From Chiloscyllium plagiosum (Eukaryota), in NCBI RefSeq assembly GCF_004010195.1, contig NC_057731.1, positions 17,884,720 to 17,948,719 of the forward strand: DNA of 64,000 bases, given 5' to 3'. Positions 12,301 to 26,042 of the stretch are shown here, piece after piece (within the stretch, counting starts at the first letter, position 1; each line of letters begins with the position of its first letter). The notes beneath the pieces were generated by a model. It searched no databases. It was given only the letters and a program-made list of their open reading frames with translations, and was not told where the DNA came from. Made by a program: the position numbers and the translations under genes.

Positions 12301-15300
12301 CAAGTGATGGAATTGAGTGTCCATCTACCAACCAAGTATCTTGCTCTTTGTTTTCCTGGAAAGCTTGTACATTGCCACCAAGGCAAACAATTGAATAATT
12401 ATAAAATCATACAATGATTAAAGCAAAGGAGGAAGTGATTCAATCATGTTAGTCTATTGCAAAAGAAACTTTGTTAGTTCCAGACCTCTGCCTTTTCCCT
12501 TTCCCATTGCAATTTTTGTTTTCTCTTCTGCTCATAAAGCAGAGGAAAGTAATGTACTGCTGCTGTTTCTGTTTCAGAATTGTTGGAATTGATCTTTTTA
12601 TTTCCCACCTATTGCCGACAATAAATTGGTTACTATTATCTGGTGAGCTCAGGGTTTCAGCATTCTAGCTGTGGCTGGAATCACTGTTGTGCCTCTGTGA
12701 AGCAGAGAACATCATGGATAACACTTTTAGGGAGGTGGTCACACTGGAGGATAGTAGAATACAAGCAGAAATTTTCTAATTTTAAATCAGATATTGTGTC
12801 TTTTATATGTACGTCACGTGTTTCAAAATTCTTATCAAAGGTGGAAGTAAATTTGCTGAGGTGAGAGCAGAGACTGGTACGATTACATTTAAATGGCATC
12901 TACATTGGTACATGAATAGGAAAAGCTTAGAGGGATGTGGTCCAAGTGCTGGCAATTGGGATTAGATTAATTTAGGGTACCTGGTCACTATGGATGAGTT
13001 GGATCGAAGGGTCTGTTTCTGTGCTGTACAGCTCTATGAGTCTATGACAAATTATTAAACTACTCAATTTCACAGATGACAAGCGAACACAGACAGAACT
13101 AAACAAAGGGAAATCTGAATACTTACTTTAAACTAATTTGTCTCCTTGAAACATGGAAAAATAATAAATCCTGTGCTCTGTCAATTCCTTGGGCTGTCTG
13201 GCTTGTTTTTGACATTTTTTTTATTTTCAGATTACTTCTAACTGCAAAAAATGAGCTTTTGCTGGAGGTTAAGGACTCTGTGTCCTGGGTCTGTCAATTC
13301 CTTGGAATGCTATTGCTCCCTTGGTGTTGTTGAAAACACATTTCACTGTTTACATTTTCTGACGAAAAGTAATTGAACTGAAATTTTCAGCCTAGTTTCC
13401 TTGCTCCACAGATGTTGCTGTATACAGCTGAAGGTTGCTGACATTTTCAGATTTTACTTCGATTTCCATCATTCACGTTTTAACCATTAATTAAAAACGG
13501 TTACTCAAATGCCCTCTTTCTTAAGTTGTGAGATTCCAGAGGGTATATTATTCCTATTCTACAGATAACTGGCAACTAGCCAAATAGTCCTGGGATAAAC
13601 AAAATGCAACCTGGGAATTCCCCTTCAAGTCATTCATCATTCTGACCTGAAAGTATATTGTTGTTCCTTCACTGTCCCTGAGTTGAAATCCTATACCTTC
13701 TGGCCCTATCAGCACTGTGGCTACTCCTATACCAGATTGATGGCAGTGGTTCAAGAAGGTAGCTGAACAAGGAATTTAGGGATGGGCACAAAATGCAACA
13801 CCGTCATTCTATACATAAATTAATGAAAAGCCAAATGGTTGTCACTGTCTCTGTTGTGAATACCACAATGCTGTATCTTCTGGCTTCAGCACATATATAG
13901 AAAACTTTTGCTTTTGGACTTGTACAAATTAATTTTGTGTTCAACCCTTCAACTTAACTCACCCAGTCTTTGCCATTAGGAAAAGAATTGTTAACAAAGT
14001 AGTAAAGTGTGACAAACATATCAAGCCACATTGATGATGAGAGTCGCCCTCAAGGTTATGTTTCCATTCAGCTCAGGCAAATAGAAATTTTGTCTCTTGT
14101 TTAACTGTAAGAACAATCTTTGAAATGATCTTGGCTGGTTTTGACCCAGTTCCCAATAGGCATAGCCCGACAAAACAATGTGCTAGAATTTTACAGCAAG
14201 TTGCATTAAGTTGGGAATCTCATTCCAAGAGGCCATAAGGTCAGAGTTCTGTAGGAAGCCAGTAAATTTACAGTGATGCTTCATGGGATTTAAGGTATAT
14301 TTTTGGAACTGACTAGCTGAAGCAACATGAGGCATTTGGCTATGTGACACCCAGGACTCTCATTGTTTCTGTTGTTGAAGTATTCAAAAACGTGAAATGT
14401 AGAAGCTAAATATAACCACATGGATATCAGTATGCTTGACAGAAGTGAAAATTCTGTCTGAGCAATACTGTTAAAAATTAGCTCTAGTCGTCATCATACA
14501 AGGCAAAACAATGTTTCGATAATCACCAGTCCTTTGAATTAAAATATATTTAGCTGTCGAATGAAACGTCATTGACTAACTTGGTCAACTGAGACTGCTT
14601 GATGTAAAATGGGGAAAAGCTGATTGGTGAGCAATGGATAAGTCATTCTAAGTTATTCCACTTACTGAAATTGTAATAAATCATTGGTAAAGTTACTCAC
14701 CAGAAGGTCAGCTCAGCCAAGTGGAAAGTACATCTGGATAATATGGAATGTCATAGATGCACACCCTGTCCCAGATGATCAAACCTGCAGATGTTTGAGC
14801 TTAGGATTTTGAAATTTCAGCAGTGGCTGGAGTCACTGCTGTGTTTTTGTGAGGCAGAAAACTTCATGGATAGTAGGTTTAGGGAGGTAGCCACGCTGCA
14901 GGGTAGGAGCATGCTGGCATAGAGGGAATGGGTAACTGCCAAGCAGTCTAAGACACTGAACTGAATGAATCACCTGAGTCTACTTGCCTTGCTGATCTGA
15001 ATTTCCATTTTGGTTACTGGTGAGCGTGATGACTCATGATGGGAGTGCAGCTGGAGGCATGCCTGTGGCACTGTGAGCATCTCAGCAGTATGCAGGAGGG
15101 GAAGGAAGAAGAGTGGAAGAGCATGACTTTTGAGGGTTCCATCATCTCAGAGTCAGTTGTGGCAGCAAAAGTCCAGGGTGACTCTTTTGCCTCCATGGTA
15201 CAAGCATCGTGATGTCACCAAGTGGCGACAGTTAATCCTTGTGAGGAGTGAGTGAACTGCCAGAGGTTGTGGCGCGCACCGGTACCAATGGTATCGATAA

Positions 15301-15851
15301 GAAGGGGAAAGAGGGCCTGAGAGCAGATTTTAGGAAATTAAGAAAAACTAAAATGCAGGACCTAAAGAGTAGTAATCTCAGGACAATTCCCAGCGCTATG
15401 GTATTAGTGAATTTTGGGACAGGATGATTGATCAATTGATTTCATGTAGGAGCGTTCAAATAGGAGGAAAGGCAATGGATTTCTGTGGCAGTGGGACTGA
15501 TATTTGGACAGACGGGCTACACTTCAACAGGACTGGGACTAGAATCCTCTCAGGGAGATTTGCTACTGTTGTTTGAGAATGTCTGAACGAAGCTATCAGG
15601 ATAATGGGAACCTGAGGGGTAGCTCAAATTGGTAGTAAAACTGATAACAAGGAGTCGAAAAATGGCATTCAGGTGAAATGAAGACAAGTGTCAGTAATGC
15701 TTAGTATGTGGAATAATGGCTAAAGGAAAAATGGTTAAAGGCATGCTACCTGAATGCACAACAAGGTAAATGATTTAAAGGCACAAATAGATTTAAATAG
15801 GTCTCATCTAATTGCTATTATGGAAAAATGGCTGAGGTGTGACCAAAAGAT

Positions 15852-16187
15852 TATTGAGAATAGGAGTTGGGAGGTCATGTTGCAGCTGTGCAAGATGTTG
15901 GTTAGGCCACTTTTGGCATATTGCGTGCAATTCTGGTCTCCTTTCTATCGGAAGGATGTTGTAAAACTTGAAAGGGTTCAGAAAAGATTTACAAGGATGT
16001 TGCCAGGGTTGGAGTATTTGAGCTATAGGGAGAGACTAAATAGGCTGGGGCTGTTTTCCCTGGAGTGTCAGAGGCTGAGGGGTGGATGGGTATATGAATA
16101 GGAAGGGTTTAGAGGGATATGGTCTGCATAGACGAGTTAGACCGAAGAATCTGTTTCCGTGCTGTACATTTCTATGACTATGACTAT
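15852..16187 (+). mobile_element. Younger CR1 3' fragment (internally deleted) nested in the older CR1
   Basis: RSWEVMLQLCKMLVRPLLAYCVQFWSP...LGLFSLE; (ctatga)n tail. Confidence 0.8.
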
Positions 16188-16231
16188 AAGCCTAGGAATT
16201 GAATATTCAAGGATACTTGGCATTTTGGAAG

Positions 16232-16405
16232 AACCACAACAACGCGACGGTCGGAGGAGGAGCGTCTTATCTTCCGACTGGGAACCATATCCGCCACAGA
16301 TTCACCTGCACCTCCACCCACATCATCTACTGCATCCGCTGCAGCCGGTGTGGCCTCCTCTATATTGGGGAAACAGGCCGCCTACTTGCCAGCAATAAAG
16401 TTTCA
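16232..16405 (+). mobile_element. Rearranged PLE GIY-YIG fragment
   Basis: 10-bp TSD attttggaag at 16222-16231 and 16406-16415. Encodes RRSEEERLIFRLGT followed by HIRHRFTCTSTHIIYCIRCSRCGLLYIGETGRLLA. Confidence 0.8.
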
Positions 16406-16780
16406 ATTTTGGAAGGACAGAAAAATAGGAAAAGGAATTGGAATCACACTGATACTAAGGGATGGGATCAGTACATTAATAAAAGAGAATCTTGAATTGG
16501 AAGAACAAAATGTGGAATCTGTTTAAGGGCAGCTAAGAAACTGCAAGAGGCAGCAAGTATTAATACGAGTTGTTCATCAGCCACGAGACTGTAATGGTTA
16601 AGTAAGCATGGTATTAATCAGGAGTTTAGAAAAACATCTGGTATGGGTAATTCAGTAATTATGGGTAATGCCAATCAGCACATAGTCCGCATAACCTAAT
16701 GAACATTAATGCTGTAGTGGATAAGTATCTATGGATGTTAGTCTAGAGCAGTATGTTGAGAAATCAACTGAAGAACAGGT

Positions 16781-16884
16781 GAGGAATAGAGCAGCCTCAG
16801 ATGCTGCCTGAACTGCTGGGCTTTTCCAGCACCACTCTAATCTAGAATCTGGTTTCCAGCATCTGTAGTCATTGTTTTTACCTA
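16781..16884 (+). mobile_element. Short PLE 3'-end insertion
   Basis: TSD aagaacaggt at 16771-16780 and 16885-16894. Homologous to the post-HHR tail at 33235-33285. Confidence 0.75.
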
Positions 16885-18380
16885 AAGAACAGGTTATTTT
16901 GGTATTAGTATTATATAACAAAAATGATAATATTCTTCTTTTAAAATAATCTTTAGGGATGAGTGACTACAATATAACAGAACATTAAATTATATTTGAA
17001 AGTGATAGTTTAATCAGAAGCCTGAATGTTAAATTTGAACCAAGGTGTGAGGAACACACTGACTGATTTGGATTGGATCACTACACTAATAGCTACGATG
17101 GTACATTGCAATAGATAGTCTTTAAAAAATTATTCTACATTCCTTCAAGGTGCAAAGACTGTAAAAAAAAAAGTCCGTCAACTGTGACGAACAAAGAATG
17201 TTGAGGATTACATACGGCTAAAAGAAAAAGCTATAAAGTTTCCAGAAAGAGTAGTAAACATGAGGATTGGGTGGATTTCAGAACACAGCAAAAGTGGGCC
17301 AACTGATAAAGGCAGAATAGAAAATGAGTGCACACCATCAAAAAACATTTTAAAAGACTGTAAGCTTTTATAGATATGTAAAAAGAAAATGTTAGCTTAG
17401 ACAAATAGGTGTCCATTGCAGACAGAGTTGAGAGGAATGTGGAATAGAGAAATGACAGACAACCCAAGTTATTACTTTGTGTCTGTCTTCATAGAGGAAG
17501 AAACAAGAAATCTCACAGAATTAGACATCCAAGGGTCCAGATAGAATAAAGAAATAAAGAAAATTTTTAAGAAAGTTGTGTTGGAGAGATTAATGGGTCA
17601 GAATGTTACGAAGTCGCTGGGACTTGATATCTCCACCTCAGAGTGTTGAAGGAAGTACCTATGAAAACATTAGATGCATTAGACCTTCTAAAATTCTATA
17701 GATTCTGGAAAGGTCCCTGCAGATTGGAATGTAAGCAGGGAACTACTGCCCAGGTCAACTGACATCTGTAATAAGGAAAATGCTAAAATATATTCTAATG
17801 GACGTGATAAGTGGACACAAAATAATAATGATCTGTCTAGACATGATCAGTATGAATTTCTGACTGGGAAATAATGTTTGATGAATTGTTGGAAGATTTT
17901 GAAATGTAGCTAACATAATTGGCAAGGCATAAATTCAATGAATATATTACACTTGGATTCTCAGAAGCCTGAGATAAGGTCCCAAAGAAGATTGGTTAGC
18001 AATATTAAAGTGTATGGGATATGAGGTAATAGATAGCATAGAATAAGGATTGGCTAATAGAAAACACAGAGTAGCAATAAATGGGACATTCTCAAGTTGG
18101 CAGATTGTGAATAGTGGAGGAATGCAATGATCAATACATTGGCCTCAGGTGTTCACAAAAATATCAATGGGGACCAACTCTACTATTCTCAAATTGTACA
18201 ATAAGGCAAAGCTAGGTAAGAATGTGTGATATGAGACAAGTGCAGAATGGCTTCAAGGGGCTTTGGACAGGCTTAGTAAATGAGTACGTATGTGGCAAAA
18301 AGAATATAATGTAGAAAAATGTGAGATTATCCACTTTGGTAGGAAGAACGAATGCACAGAATGTTTATTAAATCCAAAAA

Positions 18381-18714
18381 AATCCCGACAGAATGGCAAA
18401 AGGCCATTTAGCCCAACAGGTCCACATCAACTCTCTGAAGAGCACTCCACCCTATCCTTATAACCCTGCATTTCCCGTGGCTAATCCACCTAACCTACAC
18501 TTCCCTGGACACTATGGATAATTTAGCATGGCCAGTCCACCTAACCTGCACATCTGTGGACTGTGGGAAGAAACTGGAGCCCCCAGAGAAAACCCATTTA
18601 GACACAGGGAGAATGTACAATCTCCACACAGACAGTCACCCAAGGCCAGAAATGAACCTCAGTCCCTGGCACTGTGAAGTAATAGTGCTAGCCTCTGAGC
18701 CACTGTGCCATCCC
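18381..18714 (-). mobile_element. HE1-like V-SINE
   Basis: Reverse-complement homolog of 1811-2150, inserted in the CR1. Confidence 0.85.
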
Positions 18715-21220
18715 AATGATGATAAGACATTAGAATGTGGAGATGTGCAACGGGCCATGGGACCTGGTCAAAATTCCCTGAATGCTGATTTGTAGCTGCA
18801 GGAAGCAATTTGGATTAGGAAGGTATGTTAGCCTTTGTTACAAGAAGATTTGAGTACAGGAATAATGGTGTGTTGTTTCACTTGTATAGGATATTAGTTA
18901 GACCTCAATTGGAATATTGTTTTGGACCCCCTACATTAGGACGGACATTATTGCTGTAGCCGGAATGCAAGAAAGATTCATCAGTCTTGTTCCTGTGATG
19001 GTGGGTGTGTCCTGTGTAGAGATTGGACAAGCTAGGCTATATTCTTTTGAGTTTCAAAGAATGGAAGACAATATCTTGAAACTGACAGAATATTTACAGG
19101 ATTAGGCTGAATTGATGCAGCTAAAATGTTTCCCTTGGGTGCTGAGTTTAGAACCATGAGACACAATTTCAAACTAAAAGGGAAACAATTTAAGATCAAA
19201 ATAATGAGAATTCCTGTCACTCAGAGAGTTGTGAATCTTGGAATTTTCCACTCCTCGGGGTTGTGGAAACTTGGCCATTGAGTTTATTTAAAGGATAGAT
19301 TTGTATTTAGAAATCTGTCAATGATAAAATTGGATATGAAGATAATGTAGGAAAATGTTGATGATCACTGATGATTGTATTGATGGGCTGAATGGCCCAT
19401 TCCTGTTCCTAATTTTGCAGAATAACCTTGGCATAATTTTGTAACTCCTCAAATTGAAGATAATTGTCGATTGTTGTACTGTTGCTTCAATATCATGTTA
19501 AAGGCCCAATTTTTCCAATCTGTATCAGAATCCCTTTTTCTGACCCAGATCAGGCTATAAGTTGTCCACTTGGCTTTGGGTGAGTTTTCCAGACAAACCA
19601 ATGGACCTGGAGTCTTCACAACAAAAGCAATGTAGTCCAGTCCAGGAATCTATGCAGGCAGATTGGTGCTAAAACCATTATTGCAGTAGCTGTCATATTC
19701 CATAGTTTAAAGGGCCGAGCATCACTTTGACATCTACTAAGAGAAGTTAAGTATGTAAGGTAGACTGATAGGTGGGTGAAGTTGTGTGATGTCAGCTGGT
19801 TGGAATGCTAGCATACCCGGTGATTGAGGGGACAGTAGAAGTTTGGATGGGCATGGGGTTGGGAGTTGGTTGATTCCATGTGAGGTGGGGTTGGGTGCTG
19901 GATGTTATGTTCTGTGGGGCTCAGAGAAGAATCACAGGTTGTCAGGTTCAGGAAGTCTGTTGTTTGGATGGGGAGAGGTTGAGCAGGGAGTTGGGAATGG
20001 GATCAAGGGGAGGTGGTATCAATGATGTGTTTGGGCAGGGTATTGTTACATAGACATTGGAGCGGGTTTTAATTTCTCTAACCTGTTCTGGCTACATACT
20101 CAGATAAGTGACTCAGAACCATGTGACGTCTCCAACTCTGACTCAGATTTGGGACCTTTTTGGAGAATTCCAAAATAATTGCCCACTGGACGTTACAATT
20201 TTCCAGGCAATTCTTTCTGAGTTAGCTGCCTCAGGACATGCATATGGCCCCAATGCACAACTCCTGTCTACAAAACATCAATAAGTATCTTCCTAAATAT
20301 TAAGCTGTAATTTCAATTTATACTGCTCAATGTTGCACCATACCATTCTCCCAAAACGTCTCCACTGTCATCCAGCTGTTTAGGACTGTGTTTGCTTAGT
20401 TCCATTCTTATCCCTTCAGTTGTAGCCATAAAATCACTTGTAATGTATTCTTTTTCTGCCTCTAAAAACTGGCACCTCTGATATCCTTCAAGGATTTATC
20501 CTCATCCCGCTCCAATTTCTCACTTACATCATCATCATCATCTGATAATATTCACCTTTATTGTGTGGTGTCTCACAATCAGTATACCATTTTACCTTTA
20601 CAAAGATACAGAAATCTACCTTTAGAGACATGTTCATGATATCATTTCTGTATTGTAGCACATGACTTCAGGGTATAAAGATTACAGACTCCATGTTCTC
20701 TGGAATTACTAGCAACGTGATTGAATGCATCATCTTTATTATGACCAAATATCCTAATACTAGCCCAGAAACTTACATGCCGATCAATGCAATTATTAAA
20801 GTCAAATGTAATATACATCTATTGGATATTTCATACGTGTCTGTTTTCTTACGTTATGAGGGATAACATAATCATTGCTGCATCAGGTTATGTACTCTGT
20901 TGGTGACAAAGAAATGTATGAATCTCCAGCTCTCTTGACCTTTATACCATCTCCATTTTGCCCAACATAAAATGCTAGGTGAACAATATTATCCTGCAGT
21001 TAAATATATGGAAGACTGAGGCAATTGTTTGTTCCATCATTGCCACAAATATGTTCCATTGTCACTTATTCCATCCTTCTCTCTGGTAGTTGTCTGAGGT
21101 TAAACTGGACATTCAAAATCTAGGTGTCATATTTGCCCTGGAGATGAGTTTCCTATCTCATATCCATGTCATCTCTTAGACTGCCAATTTCCAACAATGT
21201 GACATTGCTCAACTCTGCTC

Positions 21221-21698
21221 ACTTCACCTGACGAAGGAGCAGCACTCTGAAAGTTTGTGATTTTTAATAAACCGGATGTGAAGATGCCAGTGTTGGACTG
21301 AGGTGGACAAATTTAAAAATCACCCAACACCAGGTTATATCCAACAAGTTTATTTGGAAATACTAGCTTTTGAAGCATTGCTCCTTCATTAGGTAGTTGT
21401 GGAGGAGGATCATAAGACACAGAATTTGTAGCAAAAGATCATAGTGTCATGTATGCAATATATGATACAATCATTAATGAACCGAAACCCACAACCCATT
21501 CTAAAAGATGAAAGACTTAACAGCAACCAGGTTTGTTTAATATATCATTTCAGTTGCATGACACTGAAATCTTTTGCTGTAAATTCTGTCTCCTATGATC
21601 TTGCTCCACAGCTACCTGATGAAGGAGCAGCGTTCTGAAAGCTGGTACTTTCAACTGAACCTGTTGCACTCTTACCTGGTGTTGTGTGACTTCTGACT
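21221..21698. mobile_element. Fold-back Penelope-derived element (same family as 2284-3091) plus an adjacent HHR fragment
   Basis: Inverted arms at ~21315-21450 and ~21557-21698. HHR-like cores at 21224-21260 (+), 21361-21396 (-) and 21613-21647 (+). Confidence 0.75.
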
Positions 21699-21706
21699 CT
21701 GTTGCT

Positions 21707-21801
21707 GACTCTTTCCTGCTCCTCAGATGCTGCCTAACCTGCTGTGCTTTTCCAGCACCACACTCTAATATCCAGCATTTGCAGTCCTCACTTTAGCTCA
21801 A
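21707..21801 (+). mobile_element. Short PLE 3'-end insertion
   Basis: gactctttcctgctcctcagatgctgcc...; candidate TSD ctgttgctg/ctgctgctg. Confidence 0.7.
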
Positions 21802-22025
21802 CTGCTGCTGCAGCTAGCATCTGTTTCAATACTAGTTTTAGATTTGACAATATCGACACATTTTTCCCACAGCCTAACCTCCTTAATATTGAGGTCGCCT
21901 AAAACCCTGTCACCTAAGTCCTGATTTCAATTGCTCCACCATTGCCTAAGCTTTGGCATCCTTCCCAAAGCTTCTCTACTTCTTTTATTATTTGTCTTAA
22001 GAGTGTGGTCATGATATCCCCTTAT

Positions 22026-22131
22026 TTATAGATTTTCCTGCTCCTTGGATGCTACCTGACCTGCTGTGCTTTTCCAGCACCACTCTAATCTCGACTCTGG
22101 TTTCCAGCATCTGCATTCCTTGTTTTTACCT
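22026..22131 (+). mobile_element. Short PLE 3'-end insertion
   Basis: TSD atatc(c/t)ccttat at 22014-22025 and 22132-22143; body begins gattttcctgctcc at 22031. Confidence 0.78.
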
Positions 22132-25100
22132 ATATCTCCTTATATGGCATGTGTTGAATTTGTTTGATGATGCTCCTGTCACGCCTTGTGATAATTTACA
22201 AAGTTAACAGTGGAAAATAAATACAAGCTGTTGCTGTCAAGTCTAATTCCTTTACATTTTAATTGTTGTTTGACAGTTATGGGAAACTGTACCTTTTGTT
22301 TAGCTTTTCTGTCTTTTTTTAGTTTCTCTCTTTTCCAGTTCTTTCTGTCCCTTTATTTCGTTTGCTGTACCTGCTCTGACATTGAATTAAATGTTCCAGC
22401 TGGTACTTTTTGACTCAGACTAGATTCTGTGCATTACTGGTTTTGGGATTTCAGTGGTTAAGAAGGGCCTCAATTACTGTTTACAGATGTCCTGTAGAGG
22501 GCAGTGCAATATTTTGATGGTTAGTGAGAGACAAATTCAATGAAAAAGGCCCCAAAATAGCTGTGGAAAAGTGCATATGTAACAATTTGAAATGAGATGT
22601 ACCATTCATTCACTGTTGACTGAAAAATCTGGTCCATATTTTTCTTGAAATCGAATGTGATTATATATTACTTTGCAGCACCCTCACTTAGTCTACGTAA
22701 ATTATAGCTTATACATAAGACTCTGTGATGTATTATCTATTCTGAAGTAATTAATCTGCACTAATAAGTGAGTCCAATGAGAGACATTTTTCATAATGCA
22801 AATTTTGTGTATTTCCAGAGATAAAGGGATAAACAATATTTCAAAATAGCAGCACCTCTATTTATTTTGGGTCTTGATAATGATTTGAATAAACATATAA
22901 CATTTTGCAAAAAATCATGAAACTAATGCCATCATAATAGTTCTGGTGCTGTGAAATAAATGAGAAGCTGTTTACAAATACAACTATGTGATGGTACAGT
23001 AGAATGCAAAGTAAAGCTGACCGAGAGAGAGAGAGAGAGGCTATTTGAATGAACATCACTATTTATTTCATTGGTCCCAATAGGATTTGAAATTCACTAA
23101 TACTTCCATCAATCTTCTGGTATTGCATGACTTAGAATCATAGAATGGTGCAGCGCTTAAGCAGGTAATTTGGCCCATCACGTCTGTGCTGGTTCTTTTG
23201 ACAAGAAAACCAGTTGCTCCCATTTCTTTACCTCCTGAAATTTGTTGTTCTTCCAGTATTCATCCAATTCCTTCCTGAATCTGTATTCATCACCCTATTA
23301 CTTCCAAATTCTAAGTATTCATTGTGCAAATAATGTTTTTTTCTCAGATCACCTCTAAATCTTTCCGTATCATGTTTAAGTCAGTGTTTTCTGGCTATTA
23401 AGCCTTCAATATTTGGAAACATTGGGAGGAGTCTTATAGGGAGCCTGACACAAGCTATGACAAGATGTGTGACAGAATTGGGAGACAAGGACCATCTCAT
23501 TCATGGAGATGATCTCGCTCCATCTTTTATGCTTCTTACAAACATCATGGCGAGACTCTGGCTAGGCTGCAGCGAGATGCCACTTTACAGTCATTATTGC
23601 TTGTGAAACACTTTGTTAATGCCACATCCGACCTCAATAATAAAACATGTCAAATAAGTTTGATGTTCGGGAATTGTGACTAGAGCGTGTACCTAGTAGA
23701 TTCCGCTTCCTGTTTGCTACAAACTACCTTCATGTTGGTCACTGGGCAACAACATCTCGAGGTATGATCCTCATGCACCATCTAATGTATTACTGCTCTT
23801 CCATAGACGTTTGTATCCCTTGTCTGCCAACACAACATGACCATCCTGGCACCTCTACTCTGCAATGGCAGTGCACTCTGGAAGCACAGACTTGCATTGT
23901 AACACTCACTGGCTACTAGCTGGTCACGTTGCACACAGACTGAGGCACCAGCTCACTGACTGGACTCGGCTGTATCTCAGGGCTTTTCACTTGCTCTCTT
24001 AGAGCTTGCTAACTTAATACCTACCTGCATTCTCATGGCATCCCTGCCTTGCCATGCCAGTTACAACCAGGCAGCTTGCCTTGCTGGTCAGCAGTGCTCA
24101 GATAAGGAGGTGTACATCTTACTGTATGACAGGGTGCTACATCAATCTCACACCTTCCTCATGTGCCAACACTTTACACAGAAACCACACTACATGTGCA
24201 GCAAGCAGGGATCCAACTCTTAGGGGAGTAGTCCTCAATGAAGTCCATGGAGCTACTTGTCTATCAGGGGCTCCCAGTGCAGTGACTCAAGGGCAGGTCC
24301 CATTCTAGTCCAGGGAATGGGTCATGGTTATGCCTCCGGTCGGGATGTTCTCAGCCAGAGAACCCGTGACTTTGTGTCTAAGTCCAAGGGGATGGGTCAT
24401 CAATCCATTGGCTCTGTAATAGCAAGTTCAAGTGAATACGGATTAATGTAGGAGGGAGCTGTGTAGGCCCCAGTCAAGGGTCTGGGCACATCTTGTCTGG
24501 TCATGTTAGTCAAGGGATGGGCCACAGTTAGTCCATTGGTTTTTTCCTCAGTAACTAAGCAGGAAAGGTATGGTGGGCAAGTTCAGCTGGAGCCAAGGCA
24601 CTGAGCCTTGACAGTTTAGTCCTTGGGAGTGGTGGCTGCAGGTAGTGGGCAATCGTGAAGTGGGCTAAGTGGATTACAAAGGGTTTAGTGCTGTAAAACA
24701 TGGGGTGGCTGACAGGGGCAGTGTATGACCGCACCTGGCATGGTCACCTCAAATACCAGGGACAGCTTGGGAAAGATGAACAGGTGTAGCTGGTTTGGGT
24801 GGAGACATTGGTGAGTCTGATGTGTATGGGGTGAATGGGATGGGCTATTCGGAAGGAGGAATGGACATTTTGGGGGCTTACTGAGGTAAGTGACTCAACC
24901 TGTGAGTGAGGGCCTACTATAATCACCCCATGTTGGACTTAAAATGGCAACAACATTGGTCATAAACTGATGTAGGGTATACAGGCTGCCTACTGCTTGC
25001 CCATCCAACAGAATTCACCCTCTCTGTACATGGCGTCTCCCTGACAGTGCCATTGCTGGACTAATCTTTGACAATGACACATTTTAACACAGAAGGGGAT

Positions 25101-25243
25101 GTAGAACCAGGAGAGCCTAAGGGGTGAGAGGGACCTAATGCCTGGCATTCACATTGTACACCCTGCAGTGGGTTGTCAGCACAAACCTTCATCCATTAAA
25201 CATTGTGTGGTTGTAAACTGCTATTGGCTGGTGTGGAAGTGTA

Positions 25244-25317
25244 AAAACAATAACTGCAGATGCTGGAAACCAGATTCTGGATCAGTGGTGCTGGAAGAGC
25301 ACAGCAATTCAGGCAGC
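25244..25317 (-). mobile_element. Short PLE 3'-end insertion
   Basis: Direct repeat tgtggaagtgta at 25232-25243 and 25318-25329; body matches the 33240-33285 tail. Confidence 0.78.
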
Positions 25318-25574
25318 TGTGGAAGTGTATTGAGTGCCTACCCAGAGAAAAACGCAAGCAGATGTATGATTGTTAATGTTATCAACATTGTGTACAGTTA
25401 TATTTACATAAAAGGTTCCTTCACTCATGCTCCCAAAGTGGCCCCAATATGGTTTCCTCTTTCTCCCCTTCCCACTCAGTGCAGTCCCTGGTGCAGCAGC
25501 TAGGGTGCAGGGAACCTGCTGTGAAGTGGAGGCCTTTAATCCTGGAGGTTTAATAGGGTTGTCTTGGAGCTAGA

Positions 25575-25835
25575 CAGGTCAGACATGCTGAGGCTGGAAG
25601 GACACAGCAAGCCAGGCAGCATCAGGAGGTAGAGAAGTCCACATTTCAGGTGTACCCCTTCTTCAGGACTGGGGGTGGGTGTGGGGGTAACTGTAGATAA
25701 ATGGGTGGTAGAGGCAGGGTGGTGAAGTGGAGATAGGTGAAGCCAGGTAGAGGGTACGATCTGGTTGGTCAATAGGAGGAATGAATCTGATCAGTGGCAG
25801 GGAGAAGTGGAAGTGATGGGGAGGGGCTGGGAATG
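25575..25835 (-). mobile_element. PLE 3' fragment with degenerate HHR (25636-25670)
   Basis: Minus strand reads agtc-CTGAAGA-aggggtacacct-GAAA-tgtg-gact, with the pyrimidine-rich 3' UTR seen in the other PLE copies. Confidence 0.7.
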
Positions 25836-26042
25836 GAGTTGGGCTGCCTTATCTTCTGCCTGGGCAGTAGGCACTGGAACCCACTCTTCAATGAGAATTG
25901 TTTGTTTGCGATGTTTGCAAAAACTTGTTCATGAGTCATAAGCTGCTCCCAAACTGGTGTGTGCCAGTGGGCCTCGGAAAAGGCCTCATGAGACAGGGTG
26001 CCTGGAACTGCTTGGATATAGTGCCTGTGAATGATGAAGTTT

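Larger units (their letters stand above)
14790..19410 (+). mobile_element. Near full-length degenerate CR1 LINE (SGNH-esterase-type ORF1 remnant, EN, RT) with at least four nested insertions
   Basis: Remnant of PEVVVHIGTND at ~15260-15300, KSPGPD-like at ~17610, RT remnants, LVRP.LEYC..FW at ~18895-18930, and a 3' UTR at ~19385-19410. Boundaries approximate. Confidence 0.75.
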
